Assembly (NCBI RefSeq): GCF_003231495.1
Contig: NZ_PQWO01000006.1
Location: forward strand, 90,001 to 122,000
Direction: 5' to 3'
Length of the DNA: 32,000 nt
DNA from: Acaryochloris thomasi RCC1774
Lineage (GTDB): Bacteria > Cyanobacteriota > Cyanobacteriia > Thermosynechococcales > Thermosynechococcaceae
Shown: in pieces, positions 24,038 to 32,000 of the stretch
Position numbering within the stretch: the first letter of the stretch is position 1
Layout of the letters: each line of letters starts with the position of its first letter
Notes under the pieces: generated by a model
Database searches by the model: none
What the model was told of the DNA's origin: nothing
The model's input: only the letters and a program-made list of their open reading frames with translations
Made by a program: the position numbers and the translations under genes

Positions 24038-25446
24038 AAAGCTGTTTCAGAAGTAGAGGGTTCAGCGTTAGACATATCTTCGAGCCAAACCTTCGGAACC
24101 TGGCTTGGCTGGCTGGGGAGCTGCATTAGCCCCATTTCAGTTAAGCGTACAACGTTCCCGAGGGTTTCCACTAAAGAAGGCTCGTAACGATCACCGCTGT
24201 GTACTTGGCATTTATCCAAGGCTTCGCTGAGGCTCAAGGCTGACCGGCTGCTTCTAGCCTGCGTCAGCTCTTGAAACCGAGCAACCAGACCCAAAATCCT
24301 TGCTTCAATCGGAATCTCTTCCCCCTGAAGACCGTCTGGACGACCACTACCATCCCAATGTTCACGCTGATGGCGAATAATCTTAGCAATGGGTTCTAAT
24401 TCTGGCATTGCACCCAGTAGTTGTGCACCGAGAATCGTGCGTCCACGCCAGAGATCTTTGGTCGAGTCCTTCAAGTCACTAGAAAGATGCGTAAACACCT
24501 CGGCAGGAGCCTCAGATAGACCGACACGGAACAGCAGGCCCGCAAGACGTAATCGTCTCAACTTGATTGTGGGTAGGTCTAGCATCTGGCCTAAGGTCTC
24601 TGAGAGCGCAGAAACCTGAAGTGATGCAATAGGATTAGCCGGATCTCGCTCGTCAACCCGTTGAGCCATCCTTAGAAAAGCCTGTAGTTTGTTGGCCGCA
24701 AGATTTCGATTAAGGCGCAGCGCTTGCCCTTCGAGTTCCCAGAACTCTCGCGTTTGACGGCTGACAGTTACGAGCTGCTCTTGGCTACTCTGCAAGTAAG
24801 AGACAACGCGAGAGACAACGCCACTCAGATCCACCGGCGCAACGTCACCACGGCTTTGAATTTGCTGGCACTGCTCTAACAATCGATCTGCTAATTCTGA
24901 ATTATAAGGACGCATCCTCTCGATCAGAATTTCTGCTGTCTTCTCAACCTGGCCCCTCTCAAAGGTCCAGAGTCCATAAAACTTGCGCTCAATGTCTTCC
25001 CCTGGCTGGTTCTGAGTCTGATAGTCTGCCTCAGATAGCTCATGACAGAGCACCATTGACGCGTAGCCCGGAGCGACAATCACGAGGTTCCACTCATTGA
25101 CGAGAGAGTCTTTGGGATTGAGGTGCACAAGGGAAACGTTATCAAGCTGACCTGCTTTATGGTTGGCAAAACCACTGTCAGGGACAGCCGCAACTGCAAT
25201 GTGACTGGAGCAGCGCGCAATATCGAGATACCGCTCAGCTTCTTGCAGGTACCACTTACCCTGCTGAAAAGTCACTAGAACAAGAGGTTGCTGGGCCGGA
25301 TCATCACTGCAGTTTTGCAGAATATGGTCTTCCAGAGCGTGACAGAGGGCCACCAGCGTGTTCTTAAAGTACACGCCATAGCTTGATGGCAGTTCGCCCG
25401 ATGGAAGCGATTCCCGAAGCTGGTTAAGAGTCGACTCTGGATGCAT
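24034..25446 (-). CDS. DICT sensory domain protein with a degenerate C-terminal HD-GYP domain
   Basis: The N-terminus matches the DICT pattern (YFKNTLVALCHALEDHIL...LVLVTFQQGKWYLQEAERY...EWNLVIVAPGYASMVLCHE). The C-terminus has HQREHWDGSGRPDGLQGEEIPIEARIL, which is HD-GYP-like with GYP changed to GRP. Where HD-GYP proteins have LLHDIGK, this protein has LLFRVGL. Confidence 0.75.
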   Translation of the reverse strand: MHPESTLNQLRESLPSGELPSSYGVYFKNTLVALCHALEDHILQNCSDDPAQQPLVLVTFQQGKWYLQEAERYLDIARCSSHIAVAAVPDSGFANHKAGQLDNVSLVHLNPKDSLVNEWNLVIVAPGYASMVLCHELSEADYQTQNQPGEDIERKFYGLWTFERGQVEKTAEILIERMRPYNSELADRLLEQCQQIQSRGDVAPVDLSGVVSRVVSYLQSSQEQLVTVSRQTREFWELEGQALRLNRNLAANKLQAFLRMAQRVDERDPANPIASLQVSALSETLGQMLDLPTIKLRRLRLAGLLFRVGLSEAPAEVFTHLSSDLKDSTKDLWRGRTILGAQLLGAMPELEPIAKIIRHQREHWDGSGRPDGLQGEEIPIEARILGLVARFQELTQARSSRSALSLSEALDKCQVHSGDRYEPSLVETLGNVVRLTEMGLMQLPSQPSQVPKVWLEDMSNAEPSTSETAL

Positions 25447-25973
25447 GGATATTATAAGGATATCTATTCTATAGCTTAACTTATGTTTATATTTTAAGAA
25501 AATTTTCTCATCTTCGCAGACTTCAACTGAGAAATAATTTTTTACGGCTGCTTACGGCTAGTCCAGTCTCTACAATGCACACAGGCTTATTGATCGTTGA
25601 TGTTGGGCGATTACCTAACTCAACAGATTTTTGCTGGTCAACTTGCTTACTCACCTTTCGGTGCAGGTTCACTTTGTAGCCCAAGATACTTTTGTTGGCT
25701 ACGACACACTGAAGTTTAGAGACATACTCTCCCGATCGGTTCAGTGCCAACGAAAATCTAGAATTCCTGATCCCTTCTATGTCGGCAGCTTCTAGCTATT
25801 TTTAACCGTTTTGTGAACTTGATAGCCCCTGTTTGTTCCAGCCTGTTGGAGAGATGGGGTGCTGCTCTGCTTGCTGATGACATGCGATCGCATCTAGCTT
25901 TACCCGTTTGCAGATAAATAGATGTTGCTGTCCATATGATTCAGCTGCAGTATTTTCTGCTGACTGAAGTTTA

Positions 25974-26046
<73 letters not shown>

Positions 26047-26174
26047 TAATGTCATAAACATTCGCGAACAGTATTGTAGCAGACAAATAACGATCAGCAA
26101 CAGGATTGATAATCTCCGCTTAGACCAAGGCCACGCTACGTTACTGTGAATGCGGTAAAAAATTTCGAGGTCAA

Positions 26175-26693
26175 ATGTCTTCTGGTCGGACGCATGATCA
26201 AATTACGTTCATTTGTTTGCCTTGGGTCGGTGCTTTGACCTTGCTCGTGACTTTCAATCTTGGCGTTTCGCTTTGCCTTTGTGGTGGCTTCTTGTTCAGC
26301 GGTCTGATGTTTGGCCCGGATCTAGATATCTACTCTAAGCAATACCAACGCTGGGGGCTGCTGAAATTTATCTGGTTGCCCTATCAAAAAGTATTGAGCC
26401 ATCGTTCGTTGCTATCCCATGGCCCGGTCATTGGGACTTTGCTGCGTCTTTTGTATCTTGGTCTCTGGATTATTCTTGCTTTGACGGCCTGTGAAGTGAT
26501 TTCACGGTTATGGCATTTGTCTTGGCAGATGCCGCCGTTAAAGACGGTACTTGAGCAAATGTGGATCCAGTCTCCTCATAGCTGTATCGCTTTACTGCTC
26601 GGGCTAGAGGCGGGAGCGATGAGTCACTCGATTAGTGATGGCATTAGCTCAGGACGCAAGGCATTCCTCAAGCGCTGGAAAAGGCGGTCGTAG
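26175..26693 (+). CDS. Membrane protein, DUF2227-like putative metal-binding protein
   Basis: N-terminal SGRTHDQITF, then FGPDLDIYSKQYQRWG and HRSLLSHGPVIGT motifs, with several TM helices. The family is assigned from memory. Confidence 0.65.
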   Translation: MSSGRTHDQITFICLPWVGALTLLVTFNLGVSLCLCGGFLFSGLMFGPDLDIYSKQYQRWGLLKFIWLPYQKVLSHRSLLSHGPVIGTLLRLLYLGLWIILALTACEVISRLWHLSWQMPPLKTVLEQMWIQSPHSCIALLLGLEAGAMSHSISDGISSGRKAFLKRWKRRS

Positions 26694-26728
26694 AGATTAT
26701 TGCTCACGATGCCAATATCGTCGAGCAA

Positions 26729-27952
26729 TTGTTAACTGGAACTTGTTTTGCAGTCAAAATGTCGCATCATGGGAAGAATCTACGCAATGTTAATCCCATG
26801 CAAAGTCCCCCCGGAGATGCAAAGCTCCAAATTGTGACGGTTTCAGATGCGCTGACCCAAGGGGTACAGTTGAGTGTGCCGGTTCTGATCACGCAAATCG
26901 ATTCTGCTGCAACGCTGCAAACGCTGAAGGCGGCTCTGCAGGCTAGATTCCCTGATGAGTATCCGGTGACTTTGATGGGGGATTTAGGTGATACGGATGT
27001 ACAGTCAGCCCAACTCACGCTTGAGCAACTTGACGATCAAATGCGAGTGGCTTATCCCATCAATGTGTATGTGCCAGTGCAGGTCTCTGAGCTTGCGATC
27101 GCACTTCAGCAATTTACAGGCATTGTGGCCCAGCTCCGAGATCCTGAAGATGGCTGCCCCTGGGATTTGGCCCAAACGCCCCAGAGTTTAACGCCGTATA
27201 TTCTTGAAGAAGCCTACGAGGCCGTTGATGCTATTAATCAGGGGGATCGAGATGCGATCGCCGAAGAACTGGGCGATCTGCTTCTGCAGGTTGTCCTGCA
27301 GGCCCAATTAGCCAGCGAAGAACAGGACTTCACCCTCAAAGACGTGACCCAGGGCATTGCCGAAAAAATGATGCGTCGTCATCCCCATGTTTTTGGTGAT
27401 ACCAAAGCAGCCAGCATCGAAGAAGTTCGCAGTAACTGGGAAGACATTAAAGCCGCTGAAAAGCAGCAAGACTCTGAAGAACCAGAGGTGTTTAGTCAAA
27501 AATTGCAGCAATATACTCGCAGTCTGCCGCCACTAATGGCCGGAGCAAAACTTTCTGAGAAAGCTGCTGCTGCTGGTTTAGAGTGGCAAGATATCGAGGG
27601 CGTGTGGGCCAAGTTTTATGAAGAACTCGCAGAATTTCAAGAGTCTTTGCTCAGCACTGATGTTGAGCACCAAACCTCTGAACTTGGCGATTTGCTGTTT
27701 ACCCTCATCAACATCGCTCGCTGGTGTCAGCTAGACTCAGTGGCAGCCCTCAGAAGCACAAATATAAAACTCGTTGATCGCATCAAAAGTATCGAAGCCA
27801 ATACTTCTAAGCCATTGATAGAACATACGCTGGATGAATTAGAGGCGCTGTGGCAGCAGGCTAAGCATGAGCTGGCTCAACCGCTAGAGCCAGCCGCAGA
27901 CTCGCTATCGATGCCGGCTAATTCTCGTTCTCCTGAGAGTGAATCGCTCTGA
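26729..27952 (+). CDS. mazG: Nucleoside triphosphate pyrophosphohydrolase MazG with an N-terminal extension of about 115 aa
   Basis: Tandem MazG modules: LRDPEDGCPWDLAQTPQSLTPYILEEAYEAVDAI, EELGDLLLQVV and MMRRHPHVFG, then ELAEFQE...ELGDLLFTLINIARW. The track start is TTG 26729. ATG 26759 is an alternative. Confidence 0.9.
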   Translation: MLTGTCFAVKMSHHGKNLRNVNPMQSPPGDAKLQIVTVSDALTQGVQLSVPVLITQIDSAATLQTLKAALQARFPDEYPVTLMGDLGDTDVQSAQLTLEQLDDQMRVAYPINVYVPVQVSELAIALQQFTGIVAQLRDPEDGCPWDLAQTPQSLTPYILEEAYEAVDAINQGDRDAIAEELGDLLLQVVLQAQLASEEQDFTLKDVTQGIAEKMMRRHPHVFGDTKAASIEEVRSNWEDIKAAEKQQDSEEPEVFSQKLQQYTRSLPPLMAGAKLSEKAAAAGLEWQDIEGVWAKFYEELAEFQESLLSTDVEHQTSELGDLLFTLINIARWCQLDSVAALRSTNIKLVDRIKSIEANTSKPLIEHTLDELEALWQQAKHELAQPLEPAADSLSMPANSRSPESESL

Positions 27953-27960
27953 GGTAAAAC

Positions 27961-29505
27961 TTAATGTGTAGGGCTTGGGGATGACTTCTGTTGGCCTAGA
28001 AATAACCTGTAGGTGGGATTCTGGCTTTCATCCCAGTATCGATAACCCAGGGTATCTAAAAAGGCATTAAAATCCTGCATCTCGTGGGGTGGGACCTGCA
28101 TTCCTACCGCAATGCGACCATAGTCTGCACCATGATTGCGGTAGTGAAAGAGGCTGATGTTCCAGTTGGGACTCATGCAGCTCAAAAATTTCATCAAAGC
28201 GCCAGGACGTTCAGGAAACTCAAACCGATAGAGCAGTTCATTCTCTGCTAGTGGAGAACGGCCACCCACCATATAGCGCAGGTGGAGCTTGGCGAGCTCG
28301 TCATCGGTGAGGTCTAAGGTCCGAAATCCCTGCTCTTCTAAATTTGAAACGATAGCTGTAGCATCAGCCCGGTTTTGAATTTTGACGCCCACAAAGATAT
28401 GGGCCTCTTGCTCATCTGTAATCCGGTAGCTGAATTCAGTAATGCCGTGCTTGCCCATGCAGCGACACAATCGCAGAAAGCTACCCCGCTCTTCGGGAAT
28501 TGTGACTGCAAGGATAGCTTCTCGCCGTTCTCCTAATTCAGCCCGCTCGGCGACGAATCGGAGACGATCAAAGTTCATGTTGGCACCGCAAGCCACTGCG
28601 ACCAAAGTTTGATCGGTGATTTGCTCCCGCTCGACGTAGGCTTTTGCACCTGCGATCGCAAGTGCCCCTGCCGGTTCCAAAATAGAGCGAGTGTCTTCAA
28701 ACACATCCTTAATGGCCGCACAGGTATCGTCCGTACTCACTAAGAGAATTTCATCAACGTATTGCTGACAGAGTCGGAACGTTTCTTCCCCTACCTCGCG
28801 CACCGCGACTCCATCGGCAAATAGACCCACCTGATCCAATCGGACTCGCTCTCCCACCTTCAGTGACTGGTGCATCGCGTCAGCATCAATAGGTTCAACC
28901 CCAATCACTCGAATCTCTGGACGCAGTCGCTTGAGGTAGGCCGCAATCCCAGAAATCAAGCCACCGCCGCCGATGGCGACAAAGACAGCGTGGATCGGCT
29001 TTTGATATTGACGCAGAATCTCCATTCCAATCGTCCCTTGGCCCGCAATCACATCGGGGTCGTCAAAGGGGTGAACAAACGCTAGCTCCTGCACATTGGA
29101 TAGCTCTCGAGCATGGGCATAGGCATCGTCATAGGTATCGCCATGCAATACCACCGCACCTCCCCGTGCAGCCACCGCATCAATTTTGACTTGGGGGGTT
29201 GTCACTGGCATCACGATTGTGGCGGTTGTTCCCAGTTCCTTGGCCCCCAGCGCAACGCCTTGGGCATGGTTGCCCGCTGAAGCTGTAATAACGCCCTTTT
29301 CCAGAGCTTCTGCAGGAAGCTGAGCCATCTTGTTGTAAGCTCCACGCAGCTTGAAGGAAAAGACAGACTGCATATCTTCCCGCTTCAGCAAAATCTTATT
29401 CTGCAGCCGACTGGAAAGTCGCGGTGCTGCTTCAAGGGGAGTTTCTTGGGCCACGTCGTAGACACGGGCCTTCAAAATGCGCTCAAGATAGTCTGGATGG
29501 CTCAC
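27961..29505 (-). CDS. ilvA: Biosynthetic threonine ammonia-lyase (threonine dehydratase)
   Basis: PLP-lysine motif SVFSFKLRGAYN, glycine loop VAIGGGGLISG, and a C-terminal duplicated ACT-like regulatory region. The 514-aa length is typical of biosynthetic IlvA. Confidence 0.95.
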   Translation of the reverse strand: MSHPDYLERILKARVYDVAQETPLEAAPRLSSRLQNKILLKREDMQSVFSFKLRGAYNKMAQLPAEALEKGVITASAGNHAQGVALGAKELGTTATIVMPVTTPQVKIDAVAARGGAVVLHGDTYDDAYAHARELSNVQELAFVHPFDDPDVIAGQGTIGMEILRQYQKPIHAVFVAIGGGGLISGIAAYLKRLRPEIRVIGVEPIDADAMHQSLKVGERVRLDQVGLFADGVAVREVGEETFRLCQQYVDEILLVSTDDTCAAIKDVFEDTRSILEPAGALAIAGAKAYVEREQITDQTLVAVACGANMNFDRLRFVAERAELGERREAILAVTIPEERGSFLRLCRCMGKHGITEFSYRITDEQEAHIFVGVKIQNRADATAIVSNLEEQGFRTLDLTDDELAKLHLRYMVGGRSPLAENELLYRFEFPERPGALMKFLSCMSPNWNISLFHYRNHGADYGRIAVGMQVPPHEMQDFNAFLDTLGYRYWDESQNPTYRLFLGQQKSSPSPTH

Positions 29506-29884
29506 GGTGGGCAGTATTGAACAGAATATCTCTCACTTTACGGGTTCATGGGAAGCCAGAATGTCTCTTTCCTGAAGATCTTGGCTGGATCAATGTCATC
29601 CCAGAAGCGCTCCATTTTGAACGCTGAGTGTATTGAACTTACTCAAAATTCATCATGCATGTTTTATTGCCAATGTTCCTTAGAGCAATGGATTCCGAAA
29701 GCCTAGAGATGATCTCTTTGCAATTCAAAATGGGTAGGCTAGATTGGAGTGACTTTGCTAGGGCTAACTGCAGTATTGAATCTCACAAATCAATCCGCAG
29801 ATTGAGTTTGAGTCAGAGCACTTGGGACAAGGGGGGTAGCAAATCCATCAACATACTTAAATCATTGGGGGAGCTACTTTAAGC

Positions 29885-30637
29885 ATGAACAAGAATCGAT
29901 TGACACAACGGCTGATTGCGACCGCTGGAATGACCCTGATCGGGCTAGCTTCATTTGGACTAGTTTCCAAGGCTGGGGCTGTTGGGATTACGGGCGGCAG
30001 CTACACCCTTGACAATCACCCTGATGGATCAGCCAGTTCTCCGTTCTACGGCTTACGTTTAGACGGGCTGTTATCAGGGAAGTCTAAAGATATTTACACC
30101 TTCAATTTCACAGAAGGTGGGGCAAGCGTGGCCCTCGATTACGACGACACAAGCAACACCATCAACATTTCAGGGACAGCTTACGGCGGGCTTGACCAGG
30201 GTGATTCGTACTCGGCTCCTGAGCTGTTCTCGATTAACTTCACCTATCGCAATGTCCAGCAGGTTGCGGGCGATGATGACCTATGGGTTGACGGCAGTCA
30301 GGCCGGAAGCAGCACAGGTACAATTACGCGTCAAACCTCTGGTGATGTCTATAATCTGGCCGATTTTTCAGGTGCAAATGCCTATAGCTTCCGGTTAGGG
30401 GACGGTGACAATAATCAAGGTCATCGGGGCCATCAGGGTATTTCTGGGTGGGGTTGGCTCAATCATGCCCCCGCAGATCAGGATCCAAGCCTCAGCCCCC
30501 ATCTCTACTCTTCTGATTGGCTGTTTACAGCTCAATCCAAACCTGCGGCTGTACCTGAATCACCCTTAACAGCAGGGGCATTGGCTCTACTTGTGGGTGG
30601 ATTCATTGCGCTAAAGCGGAAGCAGCGTATTGCTTAG
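29885..30637 (+). CDS. Secreted protein with a PEP-CTERM-like C-terminal sorting signal
   Basis: N-terminal signal peptide (MNKNRLTQRLIATAGMTLIGLASFGLVSKAGA). The C-terminus has VPES, a hydrophobic helix and a basic cluster (VPESPLTAGALALLVGGFIALKRKQRIA). GGGGGA lies upstream of the ATG. Confidence 0.7.
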   Translation: MNKNRLTQRLIATAGMTLIGLASFGLVSKAGAVGITGGSYTLDNHPDGSASSPFYGLRLDGLLSGKSKDIYTFNFTEGGASVALDYDDTSNTINISGTAYGGLDQGDSYSAPELFSINFTYRNVQQVAGDDDLWVDGSQAGSSTGTITRQTSGDVYNLADFSGANAYSFRLGDGDNNQGHRGHQGISGWGWLNHAPADQDPSLSPHLYSSDWLFTAQSKPAAVPESPLTAGALALLVGGFIALKRKQRIA

Positions 30638-30688
30638 GGGGCTGCTATCGTTGCATAAGTTGTTGCCGCACTGGAGCTGCTGCGACCC

Positions 30689-31252
30689 ATGCAATCAGAG
30701 TCTATAAAATTACGATTTTTAGATGCTGCCTTACTACCCGCTGCTGTGGAGCTGGATCGGCGGGCTTTAGGCGGCATCTGGACTCTGGACGGCTATCGCC
30801 AAGAATTTGAAAGGTCCAGCAGTGCTTTGGTTGGACTGGTCAAGTATCAAGGCCAAGATATTAATTTGCTGGGGATGGGCTGCCTGTGGGGAATTGACGA
30901 CGAGGCCCACATCATCTTGCTGGCCGTTGATCCGGTCTACCATCGGCAAGGGTTTGGGCAATTGTTGCTCTGGGGAATGCTTGCGATCGCATCTCAACGC
31001 AATCTAACTCGCGCTACCCTCGAAGTCAGAGCCTCAAACCAAGCTGCACTCTCTCTTTATCAAAAATTTGAGTTTCAAATCGCAGGACAACGGAAGGGCT
31101 ATTACTCAGAAACCGACGAAGATGCCCTAATTCTGTGGCTAGGCAAAATACAAACCCCAGCATTTCAGCAGAATCTCAAAGACCAGCAGTGCGACATTAA
31201 AAAACGAATGGAGTCGTACGGGTTCAACCTATCTTTTGACATCAAAAGTTGA
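30689..31252 (+). CDS. rimI: GNAT acetyltransferase, ribosomal-protein-alanine N-acetyltransferase (RimI)-like
   Basis: Acetyl-CoA binding motif AVDPVYHRQGFGQLLL and LEVRASNQAALSLYQKFEF. The size and N-terminal ELDRRALGGIW pattern fit cyanobacterial RimI. Confidence 0.75.
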   Translation: MQSESIKLRFLDAALLPAAVELDRRALGGIWTLDGYRQEFERSSSALVGLVKYQGQDINLLGMGCLWGIDDEAHIILLAVDPVYHRQGFGQLLLWGMLAIASQRNLTRATLEVRASNQAALSLYQKFEFQIAGQRKGYYSETDEDALILWLGKIQTPAFQQNLKDQQCDIKKRMESYGFNLSFDIKS

Positions 31253-31499
31253 GCTAATTTCCTCTAGAAAGGGTGAAATTCCCGTACCTAATCGCCGGAA
31301 AAAGTTTCCCCTGCTGCTATGACAAAACCGTAGAATGGTTGAGAGGAGACCAAGCTACATTCTAAATCGTGATTCAGCGTCCCTGATCGGGTCAATGCAA
31401 AACAGGTAGGAATGTAGTTAAACTCTCTCATAAAGCCACATTGACAAGATTTGTCTATGTTAAGATTGGCTTTACCAGCAGCAGGTACGGGAAGACGCG

Positions 31500-32000
31500 A
31501 TGTTTGAACGCTTTACAGAAAAAGCCATCAAAGTGATTATGCTGGCCCAAGAAGAAGCCCGCCGCTTGGGACACAACTTTGTCGGTACAGAACAGATCCT
31601 TTTGGGCTTAATTGGCGAAGGGACTGGCGTAGCGGCCAAAGTCCTTAAGTCCATGGGCGTCAATCTCAAAGATGCTCGGGTCGAAGTTGAAAAAATTATT
31701 GGTCGCGGTTCTGGGTTTGTAGCCGTGGAGATTCCCTTCACGCCTCGAGCCAAGCGCGTACTAGAGCTATCGCTGGAAGAGGCCCGTCAGCTCGGCCACA
31801 ACTACATTGGTACAGAGCACCTGCTCCTCGGATTAATCAGAGAGGGTGAAGGTGTTGCGGCTCGCGTTCTAGAAAACTTAGGCGTTGACCTCGGCAAAGT
31901 TCGCACCCAAGTGATTCGGATGCTGGGTGAAACAGCCGAAGTAACCGCTGGCGGAAGCTCAGGACGCACTAAGACACCAACACTAGACGAGTTTGGCTCT
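31500..32000 (+). CDS. clpC: ATP-dependent Clp protease ATP-binding subunit ClpC, N-terminal part (3' end outside window)
   Basis: ATG 31500 opens [49 protein letters not shown]..., the duplicated Clp_N repeat. The frame is open to the window end, so the gene is absent from the ORF track. Confidence 0.95.
   Translation, partial: MFERFTEKAIKVIMLAQEEARRLGHNFVGTEQILLGLIGEGTGVAAKVLKSMGVNLKDARVEVEKIIGRGSGFVAVEIPFTPRAKRVLELSLEEARQLGHNYIGTEHLLLGLIREGEGVAARVLENLGVDLGKVRTQVIRMLGETAEVTAGGSSGRTKTPTLDEFGS

Noticed and set aside
25523-25750. 75-aa minus-strand ORF in the tRNA-proximal gap
   Set aside because: No recognisable motif or coupling to neighbours. It is retained only as part of the non-coding-gap observation.
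29655-29882. 75-aa plus-strand ORF upstream of the PEP-CTERM gene
   Set aside because: No motif. It sits in the divergent promoter region between ilvA and the PEP-CTERM gene and ends 2 nt before the latter's ATG. Its composition looks non-coding.
31441-31466. TTGACA hexamer upstream of clpC as a -35 element
   Set aside because: The nearest -10-like hexamer (TAAGAT) is only 14 nt away, which is not a convincing sigma-70 spacing.
31472-31753. 93-aa minus-strand ORF
   Set aside because: It is antisense to the unmistakable ClpC N-terminal coding sequence starting at 31500.

Overview
This is a cyanobacterial chromosomal segment. The HIP1 octamer GCGATCGC occurs at least 19 times, where about 0.5 is expected by chance. 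Most genes are recognisable housekeeping or regulatory genes: metK, ilvA, mazG, rimI, clpC (5' part), ureE, tRNA-Val(UAC), a HAD phosphatase, a GT4 glycosyltransferase, a lemA/M48 peptidase pair, a TetR/amidase pair, a Uma2 endonuclease and a PEP-CTERM protein.

Several accessory loci have no assignable function.
(1) The strongest candidate for an undescribed system is a tightly coupled three-gene operon at 7566-11596. It encodes a SWIM zinc-finger protein, a HEAT-like (DUF5691-like) protein and a MoxR-type AAA+ ATPase. It ends in non-coding DNA with no vWA partner.
(2) A 666-aa protein is built almost entirely of about 31-residue helical repeats of the kind normally found as sensor arrays on STAND NTPases, but it has no NTPase domain. 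Its 3' end overlaps, convergently, an A+T-rich orphan gene.
(3) A PadR regulator is coupled to a divergent cytochrome b6-like membrane protein in which one of the four heme-ligand histidines is replaced by Gln.
(4) A secreted, extremely basic Q/K/R protein is encoded by 135-bp in-frame tandem repeats followed by an RDYW repeat block.
(5) A 48-codon CP12 C-terminal-module ORF sits below the ORF-track cutoff.
(6) A DICT / degenerate HD-GYP protein is translationally coupled to a pentapeptide-repeat protein.

I saw no CRISPR array, transposase, integrase or rRNA. All family assignments come from motif recognition by eye. No database search was run.
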